A DNA stretch of 64,000 nt from an uncultured Acidimicrobiaceae bacterium (GTDB lineage: Bacteria; Actinomycetota; Acidimicrobiia; Acidimicrobiales; Palsa-688), in assembly GCA_963735305.1 (NCBI GenBank), contig CAVTKK010000002.1:2481-66480 (forward strand), given 5' to 3'. Under the pieces are notes generated by a model. The model was not told the origin of the DNA. It made no database searches and saw nothing but the letters and a program-made list of their open reading frames with translations. The position numbers and the translations under genes are program-made. This document shows, in pieces, positions 1-10,458 of the stretch. Each line of letters opens with the position of its first letter. Position 1 is the first letter of the stretch.

Positions 1-1
1 A

Positions 2-313
2 TGTACCGCCCTCAACGCGCAGAAATTCCTCGATGCCCTGCGGTCCAGGCTCGACGCCGCCATAACCGTCGCCGGTTTGCCCCGGTTCACGGCCAGCTTC
101 GGCGTGGTCGATGCGCTGGCCCAGGAGGATGTCCCGGCCCTGATCAGTCGGGCCGACGCCGCCCTTTTCGTGGCCAAACGCGAGGGCCGCGACCGTGTGG
201 TCGTCGGCACCTCCAACGGCGAGGTGGTGAGCCCGCCCGCCGACCAGCCGGTCACCGCCGACGGTGCCGAGTTCACGCGGCTCGGTCGCCACGACTACCC
301 CATGCCGCGGTGA
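2..313 (+). CDS. C-terminal fragment of a GGDEF-domain (diguanylate cyclase-like) protein; start lies upstream of the window
   Basis: Frame 2 is open from the window edge to TGA at 311-313. Translation ...AGLPRFTASFGVVDALAQEDVPALISRADAALFVAKREGRDRVVV fits the last strands/helix of GGDEF domains (S.G[VI]...AD.AL[YF].AK..GR[ND]RV). The frame-1 ORF 1..369 is Arg/Pro-rich and looks spurious. Confidence 0.55.
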   Translation, partial: CTALNAQKFLDALRSRLDAAITVAGLPRFTASFGVVDALAQEDVPALISRADAALFVAKREGRDRVVVGTSNGEVVSPPADQPVTADGAEFTRLGRHDYPMPR

Positions 314-340
314 GGGCCGGGGCGGTGCTGACTCCGGCCG

Positions 341-1351
341 TCAAGGACGGCGCACCACCCGGAGCTTGAGGTTGGGGTTGACGGGGGCGTCGAGCGGCGT
401 CGGGCCGTCGGTCCGCAAGCGGTACCAGGCGGTGGCGCCGATCATGGCCGCATTGTCGGTGCACATGGCCCGGGACGGGATAAATGCGGCACGGCCGTCT
501 TTATGGCAGACCTGTTTTATCCGCTCCCGTAGGGCGGTGTTGGCCGCCACGCCACCGCCGATACAAATCGCCTTCGCTCCCATTTCGGCCGCCGCTTTGC
601 GCGTCTTGGCCGCTAGCACGTCGACCACCGCCTCCTGGAAGCTGGCGGCGACGTCGGCCATACCGGTGCCGGGGTTGGCCCTCACGTAGCGGACCACAGA
701 AGTCTTGAGGCCGCTAAAGGAAAAATCGTAGCCGTTGCCGGTCAGGCCCCGAGGGAAGGCAATGGCGTCAGGCGACCCGTGGCGGGCCAATTTCTCGATG
801 GCGGGACCGCCCGGGTAGCCCAGCCCGAGAAAGCGGGCGACCTTGTCGAAGGCCTCGCCGGCGGCGTCGTCTATCGTCTGGCCGAGCAAGGTGTACTCGC
901 CCGATGTGCGGTCCTGCATGCATATAAGCATTGTGTGGCCACCGGAAACCAGCAGCACCACCATGGGCAGGGACAGCGCCGGGTCCTCGACGAAGGCGGC
1001 TTGAAGATGGCCCTCCATATGGTTGACACCGACGAACGGGACGCCCCAGGACCAGGCGTACGCCTTGGCTGCGCTCACGCCTACCAGCAGGGAACCTATG
1101 AGCCCCGGCCCGATGGTGGCGGCCACGGCCGACAGACCGGCAGGGGCCGTAGCGGCCCGGGCCAGAGCCTCGCCTACCACCGGGCCGATCAGTTCCAGGT
1201 GGGCCCGGCTGGCAATTTCCGGCACCACGCCGCCAAAATCGGCATGGATGTCGGTCTGGCTGCTCACCACCGAGGAGAGGACGCGGTACCCGTCCTCGAC
1301 GACGGCGGCCGCCGTCTCGTCGCACGACGTCTCGATGGCGAGGACTTTCAC
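341..1351 (-). CDS. tsaD: tRNA N6-adenosine threonylcarbamoyltransferase TsaD (Kae1/Gcp family)
   Basis: Motifs VKVLAIETSCDETAAAVVEDG, GVNHMEGH and VSGGHT. GTG at 1351 overlaps the rimI stop (GTGA). Conserved tsaE-tsaB-rimI-tsaD order. Confidence 0.9.
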   Translation of the reverse strand: MKVLAIETSCDETAAAVVEDGYRVLSSVVSSQTDIHADFGGVVPEIASRAHLELIGPVVGEALARAATAPAGLSAVAATIGPGLIGSLLVGVSAAKAYAWSWGVPFVGVNHMEGHLQAAFVEDPALSLPMVVLLVSGGHTMLICMQDRTSGEYTLLGQTIDDAAGEAFDKVARFLGLGYPGGPAIEKLARHGSPDAIAFPRGLTGNGYDFSFSGLKTSVVRYVRANPGTGMADVAASFQEAVVDVLAAKTRKAAAEMGAKAICIGGGVAANTALRERIKQVCHKDGRAAFIPSRAMCTDNAAMIGATAWYRLRTDGPTPLDAPVNPNLKLRVVRRP

Positions 1352-1872
1352 AGGCTCTTCTCCAGCTCGTCCAGGCGCCCCTGGACCTGCGGCGACTGGA
1401 GCTCGTAGAGCCACATTATGAGGGCGTCCTCACCGGTCTCGGGGTAGTAATTGCGCCGGATGCCGGAGCTCACAAAACCGAAATTGCGGTACATTTGCTG
1501 GGCAGCCAGGTTACCCATGCGGACCTCGAGGGTCATGGCGACGCAATGCCGCCGGCGGCCTTCCCGGGCCAGATGAGCCAGGAGCCGGGTGCCGAGGCCT
1601 TGGCGCCGGAGCGAGGGGGCAATGGCGATATTGGTGACATGGGCCTCGTCGGCCACGAACATGAGCCCGCCGTAGCCCGCGATCTTGCCATCGGCCCGCA
1701 GCACGGCGTAGTAGCGTGCGTCGCCCTGTGCCAGCTCACTGTTGAAGATCCCGACCGTCCATGGTCGCGGGTGGGCCCCGTGCTCGATGCGCATAACGGC
1801 GCCCAGGTGCCGTCGGCGCATCGGCCCTATGGTCACTGACGGCTGGCCCACCGGCCCGGGACGACGCCTCAT
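1348..1872 (-). CDS. rimI: ribosomal-protein-alanine N-acetyltransferase RimI (GNAT family)
   Basis: GNAT acetyl-CoA motif RRQGLGTRLLAHL and NLAAQQMYRNFGF. ATG at 1872 overlaps the tsaB stop (ATGA). Confidence 0.85.
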   Translation of the reverse strand: MRRRPGPVGQPSVTIGPMRRRHLGAVMRIEHGAHPRPWTVGIFNSELAQGDARYYAVLRADGKIAGYGGLMFVADEAHVTNIAIAPSLRRQGLGTRLLAHLAREGRRRHCVAMTLEVRMGNLAAQQMYRNFGFVSSGIRRNYYPETGEDALIMWLYELQSPQVQGRLDELEKSL

Positions 1873-2636
1873 GGGGCCAGCTTGGGACGGGCCCCGGCCC
1901 AAGCGGCGGCCGACGGCGCCCCCGGGGCCCGCTGGGCGCCGCCGGTCACCCGGCCACCGATCTCCTCCCAGCCGATACGGACGTCGGCCTGGCGGAGGTA
2001 AACGGGCTCGGGCAGAGACGCCGTCAGGCGCTGCGACCCGATCTCGGCCACGACCAGCGGCGAGGGCCAGGAGCCGGCCGGACCGGCCACCTCGGCCGCA
2101 TCGGTCAGGAGCTCCCGGTAGCGCCAGGCGCCGTCGCCGACGGCTAGGGGCCGCCCCTCCGAGCCGGCGCGCCCCCCCCAGTCGGCGAGCTCGGCGGCGA
2201 GCGCCTCGGGGCTCGAAACCCGGGCCGGGCGTCGCTCCTCGAGGACTGTCCCGGCGCCGTAGATCGCCGAGTAGACCTCCCCCCTCCTGGCGTCGACCAC
2301 GGCAGCCAGTAAACCGGGCCTACGCCGGTGGGGATGGGCCAGTGCTTCCAGGCTCGTCACGCCGGCCGCCGGGATGTCCCGGGCGGCGGCGATGGCCCGA
2401 GCGGTGGCCAGCCCCACCCGCAGCCCGGTAAACAGGCCGGGCCCGACGTCGACGGCTACACCGTCCAGACCGGAGACCGGCACACCGGCGTACCGGCACA
2501 GATCGTCGATGGCGGGCATGAGCACCTCGGAGTGGCGCTGGGGAGCCACCAGCACGAACGAGGCCAGAGGACCACCGTCGGCCCACAACGCACACCCCAC
2601 CGCTCCCGTGGCCGTCTCGATGGCCAGTACCTTCAT
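1869..2636 (-). CDS. tsaB: tRNA threonylcarbamoyladenosine biosynthesis protein TsaB (YeaZ)
   Basis: MKVLAIETATGAVGCAL...VDVGPGLFTGLRVGLATARA pattern. ATG at 2634-2636. The 582-aa ORF 1869..3617 is only real downstream of this ATG. Confidence 0.85.
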   Translation of the reverse strand: MKVLAIETATGAVGCALWADGGPLASFVLVAPQRHSEVLMPAIDDLCRYAGVPVSGLDGVAVDVGPGLFTGLRVGLATARAIAAARDIPAAGVTSLEALAHPHRRRPGLLAAVVDARRGEVYSAIYGAGTVLEERRPARVSSPEALAAELADWGGRAGSEGRPLAVGDGAWRYRELLTDAAEVAGPAGSWPSPLVVAEIGSQRLTASLPEPVYLRQADVRIGWEEIGGRVTGGAQRAPGAPSAAAWAGARPKLAP

Positions 2637-2719
2637 TGTGCCGGTCCCGGGCATTGTGCCGGTCTCGGGCCGGCGCCCGTCGGGCCGCCGCCGGGCGGTA
2701 ACGAGGTCCAGGGCATCCG

Positions 2720-3316
2720 CTACGCCGCCAGCGCCGCCTGCAGCCCGGCCAGGCGCTGCTCCCAACTTGCGCCCAGGGCCCGGAAGGACAGCCGGCGGGT
2801 ACCGGCAGCGCCCGGCGCCGGTGGCGCCTGAGTGGCGCCCGGCGCCGGTGGCGCCTGAGCGTCCCCGGGCCCCTGGGCGTCCCCGAGCCCCTGTTCGCCC
2901 GCCGGAGGTTCCTCCTCGGCAAAGCCGATGACCACGTGCAGGCAGTCCGGGGCCAGAGCGGGGGCCGCCATCTCGCCCCACTCGACCACGGCTGCCCCGC
3001 CCTCCTCGATCAGCTCGGGTATGGCGAGGTCGATCACCTCTTGTAGTTGCTCCAGCCGCCAGACGTCGGCGTGCAGGAGATCCCAGCCCGCGGCGGTCTT
3101 GTAGCTGTGGACGAGTACGAATGTCGGGCTGGTCACGGGCTCGCCGACCCCCAGAGCGGAGGCCAGGCCCTGGACGAAGGTCGTCTTGCCGGCACCCGAA
3201 TCTCCACCGAGGAGCACCGTGTCGCCCGGCCGCAGCACCCGGGCCAGGGCGGCCCCCAGCGCCCTGGTATCGTCCGGTCCGGCCGCCAGGGCGACGAGAG
3301 TGGCGGGACCGGTCAT
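2720..3316 (-). CDS. tsaE: tRNA threonylcarbamoyladenosine biosynthesis ATPase TsaE (YjeE), with a low-complexity insertion near the C-terminus
   Basis: P-loop GDSGAGKTTFVQGLA, SPTFVLVHSY and WRLE motifs. ATG at 3316 overlaps the stop of the upstream UDG gene (ATGA). Confidence 0.85.
   Translation of the reverse strand: MTGPATLVALAAGPDDTRALGAALARVLRPGDTVLLGGDSGAGKTTFVQGLASALGVGEPVTSPTFVLVHSYKTAAGWDLLHADVWRLEQLQEVIDLAIPELIEEGGAAVVEWGEMAAPALAPDCLHVVIGFAEEEPPAGEQGLGDAQGPGDAQAPPAPGATQAPPAPGAAGTRRLSFRALGASWEQRLAGLQAALAA
2808..2893. repeat. short in-frame tandem repeats inside tsaE
   Basis: A 27-bp period x2 (GCGCCCGGCGCCGGTGGCGCCTGA at 2808-2831 and 2835-2858) is followed by an 18-bp unit x2 (about 2859-2893). 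They encode APPAPGA(TQ) and G(L/P)GDAQ repeats. Confidence 0.8.
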
Positions 3317-3897
3317 CCCGCTGGACGCGCAGGCCGCAGCGCCGCCAGCGCTTCCTTGGCCCGCACGAGGTCGGCCCTGATCTGGGCCACGACGCTGCCT
3401 CCTCCCCGGAGCGCGGCTGAGGGATGGAAGGTAGGGACCAGGTAGCCCGACCGGTACGGATAGGCCCGTCCCCGCAACTTGCTGATGCCCTCCGCCGTCC
3501 CCAGCAGCGACCGGGTGGCGAAGTTGCCCAGAGTGACCACGACCTTGGGGTTGATGAGCTCGAGTTGCTTGTCGAGGTAAGGCCAACACGATTCGAGCTC
3601 GTCGGGCAGAGGGTCACGGTTGCCGGGCGGGCGGCACTTCACGGTGTTGGCGATGTAGAAGTCATCCCTGGTCAGGCTCATCTCTTCCAGGACCAGGCGG
3701 TCGAGGAGCTGGCCCGAGCGGCCCACGAAGGGCAGGCCCAGGAGATCCTCCTGTTGGCCCGGCCCTTCGCCGATAAACATCAGGCCCGCCTTCGGGTTGC
3801 CCATCCCGAACACCACGTGGGTGCGGCCGCCGGCCAGCCGGCACCGGGTACAGATGGAGGCGTCTTCCGCCAGCTGGGCCAGTGCGGGGACCGTCAT
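3313..3897 (-). CDS. uracil-DNA glycosylase, family 4 (Fe-S type)
   Basis: Motifs CTRC..., GEGPGQQED, PFVGRSGQLL, VKCRPP, HPSAALR. ATG at 3895-3897 overlaps the alr stop. Confidence 0.85.
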   Translation of the reverse strand: MTVPALAQLAEDASICTRCRLAGGRTHVVFGMGNPKAGLMFIGEGPGQQEDLLGLPFVGRSGQLLDRLVLEEMSLTRDDFYIANTVKCRPPGNRDPLPDELESCWPYLDKQLELINPKVVVTLGNFATRSLLGTAEGISKLRGRAYPYRSGYLVPTFHPSAALRGGGSVVAQIRADLVRAKEALAALRPARPAG

Positions 3898-5099
3898 CTG
3901 GTGGTGTAAATGCGGGGTAGGCGCGGCGACAGCGCGCAAGTCACTTCGTAAGCGATCGTCCCCAGACGCTCGGCCCATTCCCAGGGCGAGATCTCGGCGT
4001 CGCCCTGGCGACCGAGCAGGACGACCTCGTCCCCCCGTTCGACCCCGCTCCCCGGCCCGCAGTCCACCAGGATCTGGTCCATGGTCACGGCGCCGGCGAC
4101 CGGCCGGCGGCGCCCGCCGATCAGCACCTCTCCGCCCACCGCGAACAGGCGCCGGGGGACCCCGTCGGCATAGCCGAGCGGGACGGTGGCGACCACCGAA
4201 TGCCGGGACAGGCGGTAGTGAAGACCGTACGACAGGCTCTCGCCGGCGTCCACCTCCTTGACGTACGAGACCCGTGCCTTCAAGGACAACGCCGGCTGGA
4301 GCGGGGCGACCAGGGGCCCATCTCGTAACTCGGCGGAGGGTGCCTGCCCGTACATCGCCATCCCGGGCCTCACCATCTGGTACCGGGAACGGGGATGGCA
4401 CAGAGCACCGGCAGAGTTGGCGGCATGGAGCATGACGGGACGGATCCCTTCGGCGGCCAGAGCGCCGACGACCTGTTCGAAACGGTCCAGTTGTTCGGCG
4501 GTGAAGGGGCGGTCGGGCTCGTCCGCCACGGCCAGGTGGGTGAACAGGCCTTCCAGGCTTAGGGCGGGATGGGCGGCCACCCGGCGGCCCAGCTCGACCA
4601 GCGCCGCCGGGCTGGCGCCGACCCGGTGCATGCCGGTGTCGACCTTGAGATGGACGGGGACCGGGCGCGCCGTGCCCTCATGTGTCCCCGCGCCCACCCG
4701 GGCGGCGGCGGCGTCCACCAGCGCCACCAGGCCGTCTTCGGTGTAGATGGTGGCCGTCAGGTTGTCCTCGACCACCAGGGACATGGCTTCGGCAGGCGGC
4801 TCGGAGAGCACCAGGACGGGGACCTCGATACCCGCCTGGCGCAGCTCGTGGCCCTCCTCGGCCAGAGCGACGCCGAGATAGGCGGCACCTCCCTCCAGAG
4901 CCGCCCCGGCGACGGGCACGGCCCCATGACCGTAGCCGTCCGCCTTGACGATGGCGCACACGGCGGCGGGCGCCACCGTGGCGCGCAGATGGGCGACATT
5001 GGCCGTAATGGCCGAGAGGTCGACCTCGACCCATGCCGGCCGGAGCCATCCGGCCACGCGCTGGGCCGCCACCAGCTGGCCCGGGCCCGGCCCGCTCAT
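3894..5099 (-). CDS. alr: alanine racemase
   Basis: PLP-lysine motif AIVKADGYGHG; C-terminal ...VSYGLHY...GYADG...VTMDQ pattern. The preferred ATG at 5099 overlaps the nnr stop (ATGA). Confidence 0.9.
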   Translation of the reverse strand: MSGPGPGQLVAAQRVAGWLRPAWVEVDLSAITANVAHLRATVAPAAVCAIVKADGYGHGAVPVAGAALEGGAAYLGVALAEEGHELRQAGIEVPVLVLSEPPAEAMSLVVEDNLTATIYTEDGLVALVDAAAARVGAGTHEGTARPVPVHLKVDTGMHRVGASPAALVELGRRVAAHPALSLEGLFTHLAVADEPDRPFTAEQLDRFEQVVGALAAEGIRPVMLHAANSAGALCHPRSRYQMVRPGMAMYGQAPSAELRDGPLVAPLQPALSLKARVSYVKEVDAGESLSYGLHYRLSRHSVVATVPLGYADGVPRRLFAVGGEVLIGGRRRPVAGAVTMDQILVDCGPGSGVERGDEVVLLGRQGDAEISPWEWAERLGTIAYEVTCALSPRLPRIYTTR

Positions 5100-6514
5100 G
5101 TCCGGAGCTCCGAGAGCCAACCCGCCACCAGGTCGGGCAGGTCGCTGGCCACCAGGCCCTCGCCGTACCCGGTCCGGGCCGCCCGGCCATGCACGTGAGC
5201 GGCCAGGGCGGCCGCCTCGAAGGCAGGTAGGCCGCGGGCCAGGAAGGCGCCGATGACCCCGGACAGGACGTCTCCCGTGCCCGCCGTGGCCAACCGGGCG
5301 TCACCCGAGGCCACTATGAGGGCTCGGCCGTCGGGGGCGGCGATGACCGATGCCGGGCCCTTCAGGAGCACGATGGCCCCGCTGCGGGCGGCGGCGTCGC
5401 GAGCTTCGGCCAGGCGGTCCGGGCCGGGAGCATGACCCGCCAACCGGGTGAGCTCACCGTCGTGAGGCGTTATTACGGTGGGCTGAGCCCGGCGGGCCAC
5501 GACGGCAGCCAGCCCGGCCAGGGTGCCGATGGCGTTGAGACCGTCGGCATCGATCACGGCAGGCACGGCGGCGGCGGCGACGAGCAAACCCACCTCGCCG
5601 CCGGGCAGTTCGTGGCCGCCGGCGTCGGCCCCGGCGCCACGCGCCACTGCCGAGCCGAGACCGGGGCCGACGACCAGGGCTTTGACCCTCGACAGCTCCC
5701 TGAGCACGGCGCCGTGCCAGCCAGACGCCGGCACCGGCAGGTGGACCAGCTCACCCGGGGGAAGGACCGAGGGGTCGACCCCGGGCATGGACAGGCGCAC
5801 GTACCCGGCACCGGCCCGCAGAGCCGCCCGGCTGACGAGCCAGGGGGCGCCCGTCATGCCCGGTGACCCGGCCACTACCTGGAGCGCCGTCTGCCATTTA
5901 TGACCGTCGCGGGGCCGGCGCGGCAACATGGCGGCGACGTCGGTATCGCCGACCAACCAGCACCGGGCGGCGGCGTCGACGAGAACGCCGAGCCCGATGT
6001 CCGCCACCTCCACGTGGCCCGCCAGATCGGGCCCGGCGCCGAGCAGCAGTCCGGGCTTGAACGAGGCGAAGGTGACCGTGGCCGTGGCCGTCATGGCCTC
6101 GCCGCCCTCCAGTACCTGACCCGTCAGCCCGGAAACACCAGAAGGTATGTCTACGGCCAGCACCGGCGCACGCCCCGGGGACGGCGCCGAGTACGAGCGT
6201 TGCAGGCCGGTGCCGTAGGCGGCGTCGATAACCAGGGCGGCGGCAGGCACCGGTTGCCCGGGTGGGAGAGAACCCGCCTCCAGGACCTGGACGTCGGCGC
6301 CTTGGCGGGAGAGAAGTGAGGCCGCGGCGCGGCCGTCGGCGCCGTTGTTGCCTTTGCCGGCGACCACAACTATGCGCTGGGCGTAAACACCCGACAGGAG
6401 GCGTGCCGCCCGACGGGCGACAGCCGCTCCCGCCCGCTCGATGAGGACCTCGACCGGCTCGGGCGCCCGACGGTCGACGGCTGCCATCTCATCGGGGGAC
6501 AGGACGGGGATCAT
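5096..6514 (-). CDS. nnr: bifunctional NAD(P)H-hydrate repair enzyme Nnr (epimerase + ADP-dependent dehydratase)
   Basis: N-terminal YjeF_N motif VVVAGKGNNGADG; C-terminal carbohydrate-kinase-like part with VIDADGLN and ATAGTGDVLSG. Confidence 0.85.
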   Translation of the reverse strand: MIPVLSPDEMAAVDRRAPEPVEVLIERAGAAVARRAARLLSGVYAQRIVVVAGKGNNGADGRAAASLLSRQGADVQVLEAGSLPPGQPVPAAALVIDAAYGTGLQRSYSAPSPGRAPVLAVDIPSGVSGLTGQVLEGGEAMTATATVTFASFKPGLLLGAGPDLAGHVEVADIGLGVLVDAAARCWLVGDTDVAAMLPRRPRDGHKWQTALQVVAGSPGMTGAPWLVSRAALRAGAGYVRLSMPGVDPSVLPPGELVHLPVPASGWHGAVLRELSRVKALVVGPGLGSAVARGAGADAGGHELPGGEVGLLVAAAAVPAVIDADGLNAIGTLAGLAAVVARRAQPTVITPHDGELTRLAGHAPGPDRLAEARDAAARSGAIVLLKGPASVIAAPDGRALIVASGDARLATAGTGDVLSGVIGAFLARGLPAFEAAALAAHVHGRAARTGYGEGLVASDLPDLVAGWLSELRT

Positions 6515-6544
6515 AAACGCACCGCGCTCATGGCCGGCCAGGGC

Positions 6545-6952
6545 TCATGACAGGGCGATCACGACGGCGCCCGCCGCCGTGGCTGTGTGGGTGAGGGAGA
6601 TGAGCCAGGACCGGACGCCCTGGTCGGCGGCCAGGCGACCGGCCTGGCCGGTCAGGACCAGCACCGGCTCGCCGCTCGGTTGACGTTGGACTTCGACGTC
6701 GGCGAAGCAGAAGGCGCCCAGGCCTACACCCAAGGCCTTCATCACGGCCTCCTTGGCCGCGAAGCGGGCCGCCAGGGAGGGGACGGGGTTGGCGAGGGTG
6801 GCGGCGTAGGCGCGCTCCCCGTCGGTAAAGAGCCGCCCGGAGGCGGAAGGACGGCGGGCCAGGAAGCCCCCGAAGCGGGCAACGTCGACCAGGTCCAGGC
6901 CGAGGCCGACGGGGGCGCCGCCTCCGGCACCGTCTTCGTCCGGGACCACCAC
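6545..6952 (-). CDS. acpS: holo-[acyl-carrier-protein] synthase
   Basis: GLGLDLVDVARF ... FAAKEAVMKALG ... ISLTHT pattern of the AcpS-type 4'-phosphopantetheinyl transferase. The exact start is uncertain. Confidence 0.8.
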   Translation of the reverse strand: MVVPDEDGAGGGAPVGLGLDLVDVARFGGFLARRPSASGRLFTDGERAYAATLANPVPSLAARFAAKEAVMKALGVGLGAFCFADVEVQRQPSGEPVLVLTGQAGRLAADQGVRSWLISLTHTATAAGAVVIALS

Positions 6953-6962
6953 AGAGCCCGGC

Positions 6963-9900
6963 TCACGCCGACCAGTGCCGGGCCAGCACGGCGACCGGCT
7001 CGGTCAGGAGCTCGATCATGGGAACCCGTCCCAGGACCTCGTCGTCGAAGCAGGGCTGGGTCTCGGTCACGGCATCGACGAGCGCCGCGTACCGGCCCTG
7101 GTAGGCGCGCAGGGCGGCCTTGGCCACCGCCGGTGACAGCACTGGCGCGAACCGGACGTGCAACAGGGTCACCCCGGTCACCTGACCGTCCTTCACTTCG
7201 GGGACGATGACACCGGTTCGGCCGTCATGGAGGCCCTTGAACACGGTCACCTCCCTCTTTTCGGCGGCGCGGTGCTTGGTACCCCGCAGGGCGTTGTCGG
7301 TCGCCGTGCGGGACGGTATCCCGGTGGCGACGCCGCCGCGGTCGACGACATCGATCGTCGCCCCCTTCGAGGCTCCGGGCCGCGGTTGTCGGGCCGGTCG
7401 TTTGCACCTGGTAACGCGTGTAGCCGAGCACCTCCTCGACCGCCGGTCCCAGCGCGGCCAGGGTGCGTAGGGCGCGGTAACCGAGGGAGTCGACGCTGGG
7501 CCCGGCGGCCAGCGTCTCGGACACCAGCGGGGCTCTCAAAAGGGCGTCTTCGCTCCTTGAAGATGCCCACGGTGACCGTCTTGGCCTGGTGTTTTATGGC
7601 GTCAATAGGTCGTGTGAGCTCGTCAATGGCGTTGCCCAGGGCGACGACCAGGTCGTCGGCGATGGCCCTGGGGGCCCCGACCTTGCCCATCTCAGCCTCG
7701 TAGCTCTCTACCGGCAGGGCGCCGGTGGCGTAGCGGAGCAGGGAGGTGAGCCGGGAAGCGGTCGAGGCGTTTAGGTGGCCGTCGTAGGCGCCCGCCCTCA
7801 GCCCGGCCATGGCCGGGGCGGCGGCCAGTTCGAGGGCGGGCGCCAGCCGCTCGAGCACCGGGGCTCCTCCGCCCCGGGTGGCGCTCTCGACGACCGCCCG
7901 CGCCTCGCGTAGCGGGCGGGCCTGGGCGTCAATGGCCAGGGCGGCTTCGTAGCCGAATATGTGCCCCGCCATGGCGGCCAGGACAAAGGCCAGGTCCGGG
8001 TGGCAGGCGGGCACGGTGATGACCTCGACTTCGGGGTTTATCGTGCCTTTCTCGGCTTCTGTCACGATGACTACCGGAGCCGCCTTGTGAGCGCGGAAGA
8101 TTTCGACTTCCTTGGCAATGTCACGGGCATTGGGGCCGCGGGCGCTCGGGGCGCACACGATGACCATCGGCTCGGCCGAAAGGTCGATGTGCTTCTTGTC
8201 CTCGACCCCATCGAGCGCGATCGCCTTGTAGCACAGCTCGGATAGCTTGATCCGCACCTCGGCCGCGGCGACATGGTCAGGCCCGCTACCGACCACGGCC
8301 CAGGAACGGCGGCCCGGCGCCACGGTCGAAGCTATCCGGCCTATTTCCGCCCGTTTGGCCAGGATCCCTTCCATCAACGAGGGGAGCCCGTGCAGGGCGG
8401 CCAGGATCTCGTCGGCCCCCCGGCGCTTACCGTCCCCGCCGCCGTAGCCAACCCGCAGGCCAGAAGATGGCCGGCGGCGACCTGCGAGTAGAACGCCTTG
8501 GTCGAGGCCACGCTCATCTCGATGTCGCGGCCGTCCGAGGTGTAGAGCACGCCGTGGGCTTTCTGGACCAGGTCGCTGTTACGGCGGTTGACAATGGCCA
8601 CCACATGGGCCCCCGCCCGCGCACCAGGTCAACGGTGCGATTTGTGTCTGTGGTGGTGCCCGACTGGCTGATGGCCACGACCAGGACGGAGGACATGTCG
8701 TCGGGCATGCCCGACCCCGAAAGGCCCCAACCGGAGAGCTCGGTGCCGGGCATGGCCCGCACCACCACGGTGGGCAAGGCGCGGGCGATGGCGGCGGCCA
8801 CGGCTTGCCCCGCCACCGCCGCCGTCCCCTGGCCGACGACGAGGACGAGATGGACACGGCCGGCGGAGAGGTCCCGGCGCAGCGCCGGAGGTATGACGTC
8901 ATCGCCCAGGCGGACGACCAGGCTGTTGTTTTCGCCCGGGACCAATTTGCCCCGGAGGGTTTTGCGCACGGATAACGGCGATTCGGATATCTCTTTCAGC
9001 AGGAAGTGCTTGAAACCGCGCCGGTCCACGTCCCTCGTCGTTATTTCGGCCGTTTTGACTTCGTCTTCCGAAATAGGCAGCTCGGTCCCGTCGTAACGCC
9101 AACGCTGCAACCCCGCCAGCGTCCCCGCGCCCGGCCGCCGGCAGCGGACCACCTGTCCCCCTCCCTCGCCGTTCATACGCAAGTAGCGGGCCGTCTCTTC
9201 GACCAGGCCGTAGGGCTCGCTGGCGACGACGAAGGCATCCTCGGCCAAACCGATATTGAGGCTCTGACCGCTGCCCCGCAGGGCTAGGAGAAGTTCGTCG
9301 GGAAAACCGGCCGCGTTGGCGACGATACCGACCGAGCCCTCCATCCGCTCTACCGCCCGACGGAACGCCTCGGTCATATCGCCGCCGGCGCCGAGGTACC
9401 TGGAAACGAGGGTGGGGATTATCTTGGCGTCGGTGGTGACGGCGGCCGGGAACGTCACGTTTTCGAGTGCCAGCAGCTCGGGGTAGTTGTCGACGTCGCC
9501 GTTGAGGGCGCCGATGACGTACGGCCCCGGCGCCCTGTCCCCGACCTCGTCGGAGTTGAGGGGGTGGGCGTTGGCGGGCGAAATGAGGCCGACGCTCGCC
9601 CATCGGGTATGCGCCACCACAGTGCCCCTGACATCGGGAGAAGCCAGGGCGCGAGCCAGGAGCGGGTCGGTCCGCAGGGCCAGGCGCAGGGCGGCCACGT
9701 TGTCACCGAGCTCTCCGATCTCGGCCGCCGCCTTGTACACGATGGACAGGCAGCCCTCCCGCGCCCGCACCGCCAGCGAGCCGAAGAGGGGGCTCGTCGC
9801 CCTCGCCCCGACGAGGGCCTGCAACTCGGGACTGGCCAGGTCAAGGCCATGACCGGCCAACATCAGGTGAAGGCCAGCGGAGTCCCTCCCCCGGACCTCG

Positions 9901-10430
9901 AGGCGGTCGAGCGAGCTGAAGGCGACGTGGACCGCCCACAGCACGGCGAGGGCGGCAGGTCCGGGCCGGACGTCATCGGCCAGCAAACCGAGCGAGGCGG
10001 CCAGCGACGATACGGACCGGGCGGCGTTGAGCCGGTCACTTCCGAGGGACCAGATGGCATCGTGCAGGCGCACGAGGGTGGCGTTGACCTCTTCGAGCCG
10101 GTCCGTGCCGAGGGCGACGTCCCCGGCGTCAAGAGCGGCCTCGAAGCCGGCCACCAGTGCCTGCACCTGCCCGACGCCCCGCTGCAGGGCGTCGGCGGCG
10201 ACGCTGTCGCCGATCAGGCAGGTCAGACCGGGGACACCTTGCAGGGTGGAGCTCAGGTCGCTCAGTGTGCCGGTGGCGGCCCGCAGCCCGCTCAGCTGGC
10301 CGTCGGGGGCGGTGCCGGGCCCCAGCGCGCCCAGTTGCGACAAAGCCTCGGCGACGGCTCTTTCCACCTGGCCGGCGGCGGGGACCGGCCGCGCCGACGG
10401 TTGCGCCAGCACGGCAACGATCCCACACAT
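6963..10430 (-). CDS. atypically long GlmS-like protein (class II glutamine amidotransferase + SIS domains + C-terminal extension), interrupted by at least 4 frameshifts in this sequence
   Basis: N-terminal nucleophile MCGIVA, then about 170 extra aa before LEVRGRDSAG. SIS motifs AISQSGTTTDT and VASTKAF. The reading frame hops between ORFs 8514..10430, 8374..8604, 7247..8377, 7225..7539 and 6963..7250 (shifts near 8612-8630, 8425-8450, 7555-7575, 7340-7400). The gene sits at the syntenic glmS position. Confidence 0.65.
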
Positions 10431-10458
10431 GTAGACAAAGGGTAGCGGCGCGGCCCGC

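Noticed and set aside
1869-3617. 582-aa ORF suggesting a fused TsaE/TsaB-like giant protein.
   Set aside because: Only the last 255 codons (from the ATG at 2636) match TsaB. The real tsaE is in another frame (2720..3316), and the remainder is Arg/Gly/Pro-rich read-through.
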